From contig CAKSEL010000004.1 in NCBI GenBank assembly GCA_934446675.1, forward strand, positions 72,878 through 136,877: a DNA stretch of 64,000 nt. Reading direction: 5' to 3'. The notes under the pieces are model-generated. The model searched no databases. It saw nothing but the letters and a program-made list of their open reading frames with translations, and was not told where the DNA came from. This DNA comes from an uncultured Eubacteriales bacterium. Lineage in GTDB: Bacteria; Bacillota; Clostridia; Oscillospirales; CAG-382. Each line of letters starts with the position of its first letter. Position 1 is the stretch's first letter. The position numbers were made by a program, and so were the translations under genes. This document shows, in pieces, positions 38,273-46,605 of the stretch.

Positions 38273-38809
38273 TTACGCTTTCTCATTCAGCACGGCATAT
38301 TCAAGCTCGTCTTCCCAGTGTACGCCATCCGACTTCACATATCTGCATTTCTGTATGTAATGCGCCTCTCTGCGCATTGCGCATTTTTCCATTACTTTCC
38401 ATGAGGCGATATTATCAGGGTGGCAAAGCGCATAAACGCGGTGTACTTTTAATTCTTCAAAGCAATATTTAATCAGCGCTTTTGCCGTCTCCGCGGCATA
38501 GCCTTTTCCCCACTCGCCCTTTAAAAGCATCCAGCCTATCATTGCGGATTCCTCGTCATAGTTACGGGTAATCTCGGCTCTGCCTATCTTTTGGTTTGTC
38601 AGTTTATTTATTACTGCCATTTCATAATTTATCTGCGGCACTTTTCTCCACCCTGCCGTGATTTTTGCAAGGTGATCTTTTGCCGCGTCAATATCCATTA
38701 CCGGCAGCGGCATATATTTCATTATTTCTTCGTCAGAGTAAAGCTTAAAAATGATGTCAAGATCATCGTTGTCAAAAGCTCTTAAAATGAGACGTTCTGT
38801 TTCTATCAT
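38273..38809 (-). CDS. GNAT-family N-acetyltransferase (RimJ/RimL-like)
   Basis: MIETERLILRAF N-terminus, WGKGYAAETAKALIKYCFEEL, ALCHPDNIASWKVMEKCAMRRE. AAGGAAG upstream of ATG 38809. Confidence 0.8.
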   Translation of the reverse strand: MIETERLILRAFDNDDLDIIFKLYSDEEIMKYMPLPVMDIDAAKDHLAKITAGWRKVPQINYEMAVINKLTNQKIGRAEITRNYDEESAMIGWMLLKGEWGKGYAAETAKALIKYCFEELKVHRVYALCHPDNIASWKVMEKCAMRREAHYIQKCRYVKSDGVHWEDELEYAVLNEKA

Positions 38810-39067
38810 AAAATTCTTCCTTTTGAACATATACGATTTTATTATACAGATAAAGAGGTACAAACTGAACAACACGCGGTTAAAACTGTGTTGATTTTAA
38901 AGATCTTTTGACAAATTCATCAATTCAAAATTGCACTCCGCAGCAAAATCATAAAAATCCTATTTTGCAAATATGCTTTGTCAAAATAATTGTAACACAT
39001 TTTTCCGGTTTCTTCAATATATAAAATCCCTCTTTTTCTGCACAGAAAATTTGTACGGCTCGTTATG

Positions 39068-39129
39068 ACATATGCAAATTGCATATGTTCTTATTTTTGG
39101 TTTTTTAGTTATTCGTTTGGCATATGCAA
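39068..39129. promoter_or_regulatory. three copies of CATATGCAAWTT: a 21-bp perfect palindrome plus a third half-site next to the promoter (candidate operator set)
   Basis: ACATATGCAA-A-TTGCATATGT at 39068-39088 and CATATGCAA at 39121-39129, just upstream of the -35 of the HTH-protein gene. Confidence 0.4.
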
Positions 39130-39137
39130 TTTAGAGA

Positions 39138-39166
39138 TAGACAGCGCCCGGACATTATAGTATAAT
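39138..39166 (+). promoter_or_regulatory. promoter candidate of the AT-rich three-gene islet
   Basis: TAGACA, 17-nt spacer, TATAAT (39161-66). The SD GAAAGTGAGG follows. Confidence 0.45.
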
Positions 39167-39190
39167 AACCGTGAAAGTGAGGTATACAAT

Positions 39191-40429
39191 ATGTTTAAGA
39201 TCAACAGAGAAGAAATCGGGAATTACATTTCAAAAAGGATTTCCGATAATTCCACCAAATTCAAAAGCGACAGAGATTTTTGCCGTGAGTGGCTGAAACT
39301 AAACAATGAGGAAATAAATCCAGACAACATCCAAAACAAAGCCAACAAATTGTCACAGATAAAAAAGGGTACCAAAGGAATTCAGATTGATGATTTACCG
39401 GCTTTCTCCGAACTGCTCGGAGTATCATTTGAGCAAATTCTCAGCGCCGGAAATTCAGGGAAGGCAAACGAAAAAAGAATGACAAATTATTACATAGCAC
39501 AATCGCACAGTCAACAGGAATGGCAGGAATACATAGACAGAGAAGACAAGCCTATTTTGTGCAAAGACGAATTCGGCATAAACATCATTGAATACGCTAT
39601 ACAATTTCAAAACTATGATTTTCTAAAATTTCTGACAGAAAAAGGCTATATATGGTTTGACAGCCAGAAAGATGAAGACTATGTCACAACTTTCGGTGCA
39701 GGAACAAGCATTCAGAAAATCAACTTTGAAGACCGCGGAAACGGCATATTTGTACGCACCCCCGACATGAATGATATGGAATACAAATTAGCAACCGAGG
39801 ATCAGCTCAGAATGTATATGATAGCACTCGCCTGCGACAACGGGGATACTGATATGCTGGAAAAATTGCGTGCCAGAGAAATTCCCGGGCTATACTACAT
39901 GGCACATTATTTGTCGTGCTCGCATCCCGACATTAATGCAAGTTATAATGAGGCTGCCAAGAGTGCCGTGAAGAGAATCGCAAAATCAAGACACAAAGAA
40001 ATTTTAGAATACTTCACCGACAGTTTTGAAGTACGAGATCATGTCAAGTATAACGACGGCAGCAAGAGAAAACACGTTTTTGTCTACCCGTTTATTTCTC
40101 AATTATTAGATTATTTAATATCATATAACAGTCGTTTTACAGATATGGCGCTGAAAAAAATGATTGAATATAACAATTCCGTTTACGATAAACTGAAAAA
40201 ACTGATCAAAAATTCGACAGAAAACGGATGTTACACCGGCGACAGCTGGAAAAAGGAGCTTGACTTTTATAAAAACGGAAACATCGTAAGTTTCAGAGAT
40301 ACATATGCCGTTACCGGTATCATTACGAATATTGCGAATGCAACAAAGACATCAAAGAATCCCGAAACCAACAAACTGATTGATGAACTGCATAAAACAT
40401 ATGATCAAATCAGGCATTTAGGAAGGTGA
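39191..40429 (+). CDS. hypothetical protein with N-terminal XRE-like HTH and helical (ankyrin-like?) repeats
   Basis: 412-aa ORF with a good SD. The N-terminal ...GIQIDDLPAFSELLGVSFEQILS resembles HTH_3/XRE. INIIEYAIQFQNYDFLKFLTEKG and YMIALACDNGDTDMLEKL look like ankyrin-like repeats. AT-rich relative to its neighbours. Confidence 0.65.
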   Translation: MFKINREEIGNYISKRISDNSTKFKSDRDFCREWLKLNNEEINPDNIQNKANKLSQIKKGTKGIQIDDLPAFSELLGVSFEQILSAGNSGKANEKRMTNYYIAQSHSQQEWQEYIDREDKPILCKDEFGINIIEYAIQFQNYDFLKFLTEKGYIWFDSQKDEDYVTTFGAGTSIQKINFEDRGNGIFVRTPDMNDMEYKLATEDQLRMYMIALACDNGDTDMLEKLRAREIPGLYYMAHYLSCSHPDINASYNEAAKSAVKRIAKSRHKEILEYFTDSFEVRDHVKYNDGSKRKHVFVYPFISQLLDYLISYNSRFTDMALKKMIEYNNSVYDKLKKLIKNSTENGCYTGDSWKKELDFYKNGNIVSFRDTYAVTGIITNIANATKTSKNPETNKLIDELHKTYDQIRHLGR

Positions 40430-40433
40430 TTTC

Positions 40434-40603
40434 ATGACCGGAACATTCTTTGATTTTGACGATGGTGACTTTGCATACTTAATATGGCAATTGATTCTGA
40501 AGGAAATATGCTGCTACGCATAGCCGATAACATGGCCATGGATATAGAAACCGGCGATTTCCATATCGTTTCCGGCTGGAATGACGGCGAAGATGACTGC
40601 TGA
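40434..40603 (+). pseudogene. small acidic repeat-peptide gene split by an apparent 1-nt frameshift (29-aa plus 39-aa ORFs; about 56 aa if fused)
   Basis: Frame A is 40434-40523 (MTGTFFDFDDGDFAYL...). Frame B is 40484-40603 (MAIDSEGNMLLRIADNMAMDIETGDFHIVSGWNDGEDDC). The D-x-[DE]-x-G-[DN]-[FM] motif occurs once in A and twice in B. The frame A SD (GGAAGG) overlaps the upstream stop. The frame B stop overlaps the downstream SD. Confidence 0.35.
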
Positions 40604-40617
40604 AAGGAAAATTACTT

Positions 40618-41226
40618 ATGAATTCCACAAATTATGAATACCGAGATATTCCCGAAACGCAAAAAAAGAGAAGTCATAAAAAAATTATAATCACCGCAAC
40701 AGTCTTATCAATTATTGCAATCTCCGTGATATGCACTGTATTTGTAATCGGCAAGGAAAAAGAGATTATTTACTATGACAATCTGGAAAACGCCGCATAC
40801 AAAATGATTGACGGTGCGGCAAATGCAGAAAGTGCCGGCAATCTGATAACAGACGTCTGGTATAACGCAATTATGAACGAATATGATGATGATACGGACA
40901 AATTCACGCTGAAAGACGGTCAATTCGTTGATGATTTTAACGACGCGTTAGAAAATTTGTTTGCCGACGAGGCGTTTCTTGAGAACATATATGAAATCCG
41001 GGACAATCAGGATGAAGTTCTTTATCTGATGAAACAGCTCAAAAGTCCACCTGCAAAATACAAAGAGGCATATTCTGTTCTGAAAGAATATTACGGCAAT
41101 TATTTGTCAATGACCAACATGGTCATATCCCCATCCGGAAGTTTTCAATCATTTTCGGACGACTTAACCCAAGCGGATAAGGCGACGGCAAGCTCGTTTG
41201 ATAAGATTAAATTATATCTTAACTAA
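40618..41226 (+). CDS. membrane-anchored hypothetical protein (N-in, single TM, acidic helical ectodomain)
   Basis: Basic N-terminus, TM IIITATVLSIIAISVICTVFVIG, then a D/E/N-rich helical region. GAAAGGAAA SD. No family recognised. Confidence 0.65.
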   Translation: MNSTNYEYRDIPETQKKRSHKKIIITATVLSIIAISVICTVFVIGKEKEIIYYDNLENAAYKMIDGAANAESAGNLITDVWYNAIMNEYDDDTDKFTLKDGQFVDDFNDALENLFADEAFLENIYEIRDNQDEVLYLMKQLKSPPAKYKEAYSVLKEYYGNYLSMTNMVISPSGSFQSFSDDLTQADKATASSFDKIKLYLN

Positions 41227-41274
41227 TGAAATATAAAAAGGCAGGCTTAATTTGCACTGTCTTTTTTCTGTCAT

Positions 41275-41309
41275 ACAAAAAATCCCCCTGCCTGTTATTT
41301 GGCAGAGGG
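41275..41309 (-). terminator. rho-independent terminator of ppdK (about 150-nt 3' UTR)
   Basis: Minus strand CCCTCTGCC-aaataaca-GGCAGGGGG followed by ATTTTTTG. Confidence 0.7.
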
Positions 41310-41456
41310 ACTCATTTCGGATATAAATTGTATCACTTTGTCTTGCCCTTATGACGGCGCGAAGAAGGTATATGCCGCGGTCATTTGCCGCAAAACATAT
41401 TACCGTTTCCGTCAGGTCGTCAACCGGCAATTTTCAAGCAGCGGACAAACTTTGTC

Positions 41457-44084
41457 TCAGTGCTCCTTGATTGCAGCCTGTGCAGCAGCAAGTCTTGCTA
41501 TCGGCACACGGAACGGCGAGCAGGATACATAGGAAAGACCGATCTTATGGCAGAATTCAACGGAGGAAGGATCGCCGCCGTGTTCGCCGCAGATACCGAT
41601 ATGCATATCGGGTCTTACGCCTCTGCCAAGCTTAACTGCCATTTCCATGAGCTTACCTACGCCGACCTGGTCGAGCTTTGCGAAAGGATCGTTCTCGAAG
41701 ATCTTTGCGTCATAGTATGCATTGAGGAACTTACCGGCGTCATCTCTGGAGAAGCCGTAGGTCATCTGGGTGAGGTCGTTTGTACCGAAGCAGAAGAACT
41801 CAGCGTCCTTAGCTATATCGTCAGCGGTGAGTGCTGCTCTCGGTATCTCTATCATTGTACCTACTTCATACTTGAGGTCGGAGCCGCTTTCCTTGATGAT
41901 AGCGTCAGCAGTCTCAACAACGAAGTTCTTAACGTACTTGAGTTCCTTTTCATCTCCTACGAGAGGAATCATGATTTCGGGAACGATTGTCCAGTCGGGA
42001 TGAGCCTTCTTTACATTGATGGCAGCCTTGATTACAGCGCTTGTCTGCATCTTTGCGATTTCGGGATAAGTTACGGTAAGACGGCAGCCTCTGTGACCCA
42101 TCATCGGGTTGAACTCATGGAGAGATGCGATGATGTTCTTAATGGTCTCAACGCTCTTGCCCTGTGCCTGTGCGAGTGCAAGAATGTCAGCCTCTTCGGT
42201 GGGTACGAACTCATGAAGCGGAGGATCGAGGAATCTGATGGTTACAGGGTTGCCTTCGAGTGCCTCATAGAGCTTTTCAAAGTCGCTCTGCTGCATAGGT
42301 TCGATCTTTGCAAGAGCCGCTTCTCTTTCCTCAACGGTATCGGAGCAGATCATTTCTCTGAATGCTGCGATCCTGTCGGGATCGAAGAACATATGCTCTG
42401 TACGGCAAAGTCCTATACCTTCCGCACCGAGTTCTCTTGCCTTCTTAGCGTCGGTAGGAGTATCGGCGTTGGTTCTTACCTTAAGTCTTCTGTACTTATC
42501 TGCCCAGCCCATGATTCTGCCGAACTCGCCTGCGATCTTTGCGTCAACAGTCGGGATAATACCGTCGTAGATATTACCGGTAGAACCGTCTATGGAGATG
42601 AAGTCGCCTTCATGGAAGGTCTTGCCTGCAAGGACGAACTTCTTGTTTTCTTCGTCCATCTTTATGTCGCCGCAGCCGGATACGCAGCAGGTTCCCATAC
42701 CTCTTGCAACAACCGCTGCATGAGAAGTCATACCGCCGCGAACGGTGAGTATACCCTGAGATACCTTCATACCGGTGATGTCTTCGGGAGAAGTTTCAAG
42801 TCTTACGAGAACTACCTTTTCGCCCTTAGCAGCCCAGTTTTCAGCGTCTTCAGCGGTGAATACGATCTTACCGCAGGCAGCTCCGGGAGATGCGCCGAGA
42901 CCCTTGCCCATAGGAGTAGCAGCCTTGAGTGCCTTTGCGTCGAACTGCGGGTGGAGAAGTGTATCGAGGTTTCTCGGATCTATCATGAGAACTGCCTCTT
43001 CTTCGGTCTTCATGCCTTCGTCAACGAGGTCGCATGCGATCTTGAGAGCAGCCTGTGCGGTTCTCTTACCGTTTCTGGTCTGGAGCATATAGAGCTTCTT
43101 GTTTTCAACGGTGAACTCCATATCCTGCATATCGTGATAATGGTCTTCGAGAGTCTTGCAGACTTCGGTGAACTGCTTGAAAGCTTCGGGGAACTTGTTT
43201 TCCATTTCCTGAATCTTCATAGGAGTACGAACGCCCGCAACAACGTCTTCGCCCTGTGCGTTTACAAGGAATTCGCCCATGAGCTTCTTTTCGCCGGTAG
43301 CGGGATCACGTGTGAACGCAACGCCTGTGCCGCAATCGTCGCCCATGTTACCGAATGCCATCATCTGTACGTTGACTGCGGTACCCCATGAATAAGGAAT
43401 ATCGTTGTCACGTCTGTAAACGTTTGCTCTGGGGTTATCCCATGAACGGAATACCGCCTTGATTGCGCCCATGAGCTGTTCCTTAGGATCGGACGGGAAG
43501 TCTGTGCCGATCTTGGACTTATATTCAGCCTTGAACTGTTCAGCGAGTTCCTTAAGATCGTCAGCGGTAAGCTCTACATCAAAGGTAACTCCCTTCTTTT
43601 CTTTCATTTCGTCGATGAGCTGCTCAAAATACTTCTTGCCGACTTCCATAACGACGTCGGAGTACATCTGAATAAATCTTCTGTAACAGTCATATGCCCA
43701 TCTGGGGTTGCCCGACTTCTTTGCCATAACCTCTACAACCTCTTCGTTAAGACCGAGGTTAAGAATGGTATCCATCATACCGGGCATGGATGCACGCGCA
43801 CCCGAACGAACCGATACAAGCAGAGGATTCTCATGGTCGCCGAACTTCTTACCGGTGATATGTTCCATCTTGTCGATGTATTCCATGATCTGTGCCTGAA
43901 TCTCGTCGTTGATCTGTCTGCCGTCCTCATAATACTGAGTACAAGCCTCTGTTGAAATGGTGAAGCCCTGAGGAACAGGAAGACCGATCTTGGTCATTTC
44001 CGCAAGGTTCGCGCCTTTACCGCCGAGAAGCTCACGCATGGAAGCGTCGCCTTCGCTGAAAAGGTATACATACTTTTTGCTCAT
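41457..44084 (-). CDS. ppdK: pyruvate, phosphate dikinase
   Basis: MSKKYVYLFSEGDASMRELLGGKGANLAEMTKIGLPVPQGFTI, phosphohistidine loop GGMTSHAAVVARG, C-terminal PEP-utilizer TIM barrel GICGEHGGDP. Confidence 0.97.
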   Translation of the reverse strand: MSKKYVYLFSEGDASMRELLGGKGANLAEMTKIGLPVPQGFTISTEACTQYYEDGRQINDEIQAQIMEYIDKMEHITGKKFGDHENPLLVSVRSGARASMPGMMDTILNLGLNEEVVEVMAKKSGNPRWAYDCYRRFIQMYSDVVMEVGKKYFEQLIDEMKEKKGVTFDVELTADDLKELAEQFKAEYKSKIGTDFPSDPKEQLMGAIKAVFRSWDNPRANVYRRDNDIPYSWGTAVNVQMMAFGNMGDDCGTGVAFTRDPATGEKKLMGEFLVNAQGEDVVAGVRTPMKIQEMENKFPEAFKQFTEVCKTLEDHYHDMQDMEFTVENKKLYMLQTRNGKRTAQAALKIACDLVDEGMKTEEEAVLMIDPRNLDTLLHPQFDAKALKAATPMGKGLGASPGAACGKIVFTAEDAENWAAKGEKVVLVRLETSPEDITGMKVSQGILTVRGGMTSHAAVVARGMGTCCVSGCGDIKMDEENKKFVLAGKTFHEGDFISIDGSTGNIYDGIIPTVDAKIAGEFGRIMGWADKYRRLKVRTNADTPTDAKKARELGAEGIGLCRTEHMFFDPDRIAAFREMICSDTVEEREAALAKIEPMQQSDFEKLYEALEGNPVTIRFLDPPLHEFVPTEEADILALAQAQGKSVETIKNIIASLHEFNPMMGHRGCRLTVTYPEIAKMQTSAVIKAAINVKKAHPDWTIVPEIMIPLVGDEKELKYVKNFVVETADAIIKESGSDLKYEVGTMIEIPRAALTADDIAKDAEFFCFGTNDLTQMTYGFSRDDAGKFLNAYYDAKIFENDPFAKLDQVGVGKLMEMAVKLGRGVRPDMHIGICGEHGGDPSSVEFCHKIGLSYVSCSPFRVPIARLAAAQAAIKEH

Positions 44085-44340
44085 TACTTATGAACCTCCT
44101 GAATTTTAAAATACTTTTTTAGTTTTTTCTATGTCGCACATGGTATTATAGCACCTATTTTCAAATATTTCTACATATTTTCTCAACAAAAAACACTTTT
44201 TACATTATGTTCAAATTTTCACATACATAACGCCGTCAATTTTTTCCAAATGCGGAAAGCCGTGAATTATTTTACTCCGTCCGGCAATACTCATAGAGTA
44301 AGCATCACGAAAAAATGCCTAAAGTAAGGGGACGGAAAAT

Positions 44341-45114
44341 ATGCACGGCGGAAAGGTTGAAATCTGCGGAGTCAACACATCGAGCTTAAAGGTTTTATCG
44401 GCATCGGAAAAGAAGGAGCTGCTTGCCAGAGTCAAAAACGGCGACATGGAAGCGCGCGACGAGCTTATACGCGGAAATTTAAAGCTTGTTCTGAGCGTAG
44501 TCAAACGCTTTTCGGGAAGAGGAGAAAACCCGGATGATTTATTTCAGGTCGGCTGCATAGGGCTTATAAAGGCTATCGACAACTTTGACGATTCACACAA
44601 CGTTCAGTTCAGCACATATGCCGTCCCGATGATCATAGGAGAGCTGCGCAGGTATCTGCGCGACAACAACGCGATAAGGGTCTCGCGCTCCATGAGAGAT
44701 CTTGCATACAAGGCTCTCGGCGTAAGAGAGGAGCTTTCGGCAAAGCTTTCGAGAGAACCGAAGATCGAGGAGATTGCAAAGCAGCTCGGCGCACAGAAAG
44801 CCGACGTTGCGGCGGCGCTTGACGCCATTGTGGATCCAATTTCCCTGTACGAGCCCGTTTTTTCCGAAAGCGGAGATTCGGTATATGTAATGGATCAGGT
44901 AAGCGATGACAAAAACACCGACGAAAGCTGGCTTGAAAGCATTGCTATCTCGCAGGCAATAGACAAGCTCTCTCCGAGAGAACGCAGGATAGTCACCATG
45001 CGCTTTTTCGATGGCAAAACCCAGATGGAGGTCGCAAACGAAATACACATAAGCCAGGCTCAGGTCTCACGCCTTGAAAAAGGCGCTCTTATTAAAATAA
45101 GGAAAGAAATTTAA
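44341..45114 (+). CDS. sigG: sporulation sigma factor SigG
   Basis: Near-colinear with B. subtilis SigG as I remember it: KVEICGVNTSSL, GNLKLVLSVVKRF, DDLFQVGCIGLIKAIDNFD, FSTYAVPMIIGELRRYLRDNN, GKTQMEVANEIHISQAQVSRLEK. Confidence 0.88.
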   Translation: MHGGKVEICGVNTSSLKVLSASEKKELLARVKNGDMEARDELIRGNLKLVLSVVKRFSGRGENPDDLFQVGCIGLIKAIDNFDDSHNVQFSTYAVPMIIGELRRYLRDNNAIRVSRSMRDLAYKALGVREELSAKLSREPKIEEIAKQLGAQKADVAAALDAIVDPISLYEPVFSESGDSVYVMDQVSDDKNTDESWLESIAISQAIDKLSPRERRIVTMRFFDGKTQMEVANEIHISQAQVSRLEKGALIKIRKEI

Positions 45115-45125
45115 ACGGTTTTTAC

Positions 45126-45173
45126 GCGGTGCGCCGGACAAAATTACGGACGCCGCATTTTTTATGTGGATTT
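45126..45173 (+). terminator. terminator after sigG
   Basis: Imperfect GC-rich hairpin GCGGTGCGCCGG...CGGACGCCGC followed by ATTTTTTAT. Confidence 0.5.
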
Positions 45174-45228
45174 TTTCCAAAAACCGTGTCCGAAAAGCCC
45201 AAATGTATAAATATTTTTGCGAAAACTG

Positions 45229-45257
45229 TTGACTTATCGGCGTCAAAAAGGTATAAT
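45229..45257 (+). promoter_or_regulatory. near-consensus promoter of secDF
   Basis: TTGACT (45229-34), 17-nt spacer, TATAAT (45252-57). Confidence 0.55.
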
Positions 45258-45303
45258 ATATGGCATAAGCGACTTTTTCTAACAAGAAAGGAAGAAAACT
45301 TTA

Positions 45304-46590
45304 ATGAAAAACAGCGTATGTTCCTTTGTGCTTATGCTGCTGCTTGTCGTTCTCGTAACGGCTGTGGCTGTTTTCGGCATAGGCGCATTCAATCTTCCCG
45401 GCGCGTTCGACGACGACGCCATAAGCAAAGGACTTGACCTTGTCGGCGGTTCTTCCATAACTTATGTTGCAGAACCCGATGAAAATGCCGAAAACTTCGA
45501 CATGGCAACGGCTCTCGACACGGTTGAATCAATGCTCAGACAGCGTCTTGACACTCTCGGCTACACCGAAGCTACCATCGCAAAGATGGGCACGGACAGA
45601 ATAAGAGTTGAAATTCCGGGTATCGACGATCCCGAAGACGCTCTTAAAAAGCTCGGCTCCACGGCAAAGCTTGAATTCCTCGATTCTTCGGGAAACGTTA
45701 TCCTTGAAGGCAAGGACGTCAAGGAAGCCGTAGCAAACTACGGTCAGACAAGCGAAAGTTCCATGGGTTCGCAGTATTACGTTTCGCTCACCTTCAATGA
45801 CAGCGGCAGACAGAAATTCGCCGACGCCACCGAAGAAATGGCAAAGCTTGCTTCTTCAAGCATGAATTACATTGACATCGAGCTTGACGGCGAGAATATT
45901 TCGAGAGCCTCCGTTTCGTACAGAATAGACAGCGACAGCTGCATGATTTCGGGCAACTTCTCAAAGGACGAGGCAGTTTACCTTGCAGAGCTTATCTCCT
46001 CCGGTCAGCTTCCCGTTGTTCTCCGTGAGATCGAACTGAGATACGTAGGACCTACGCTCGGTTCCGAAGCGCTTGCTTCGAGCATAAGAGCCGGTCTTAT
46101 CGGTACTCTTATCGTAATGCTGTTCATGATCCTTGTTTACAGACTTCCCGGTCTTGTATCGGCGATAGCTCTTGTAAGCTACATTTCGATCTTCGCTGTT
46201 CTTATAATCGTATTCAAGGTCAACCTCTCGCTGCCCGGTATCGCAGGTATCATACTTACTATCGGTATGGCGGTTGACTCAAACGTAGTCATATACGAAA
46301 GAATCAAGGAAGAACTCAACACCGGAAAGAGCACCAGAGCCGCAGTTAAATCCGGTTTCGGCAGAGCTTTCTCGGCAATTCTCGACTCCAACGTAACTAC
46401 GATAATCGCGTCCGTCGTACTTTGGTACTTCGGCACGGGTGCGGTAAGAGGATTTGCAATCACGCTCTTCATAGGCGTTGTGGTTTCTCTCTTCACGGCA
46501 CTTTGCGTAACGCGCGTTCTTCTCAACTCAGTCACCAACATGGGTGCCGGCAGATGGCTGCTCGGCGCCAGAAAATCGCAGCAGGCGTAA
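45304..46590 (+). CDS. secD: protein translocase subunit SecD
   Basis: LDLVGGSSITY, large periplasmic domain, six-TM SecD/F core (GIAGIILTIGMAVDSNVVIYERIKEE). Confidence 0.9.
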   Translation: MKNSVCSFVLMLLLVVLVTAVAVFGIGAFNLPGAFDDDAISKGLDLVGGSSITYVAEPDENAENFDMATALDTVESMLRQRLDTLGYTEATIAKMGTDRIRVEIPGIDDPEDALKKLGSTAKLEFLDSSGNVILEGKDVKEAVANYGQTSESSMGSQYYVSLTFNDSGRQKFADATEEMAKLASSSMNYIDIELDGENISRASVSYRIDSDSCMISGNFSKDEAVYLAELISSGQLPVVLREIELRYVGPTLGSEALASSIRAGLIGTLIVMLFMILVYRLPGLVSAIALVSYISIFAVLIIVFKVNLSLPGIAGIILTIGMAVDSNVVIYERIKEELNTGKSTRAAVKSGFGRAFSAILDSNVTTIIASVVLWYFGTGAVRGFAITLFIGVVVSLFTALCVTRVLLNSVTNMGAGRWLLGARKSQQA

Positions 46591-46605
46591 CGGAGGTGCG
46601 GAAGA

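Noticed and set aside
41385-43391. 668-aa plus-strand ORF
   Set aside because: It is entirely antisense to ppdK, which is unmistakable on the minus strand. The translation is low-complexity (L/C/V/S-rich) with no recognisable motif. This is a typical shadow ORF.
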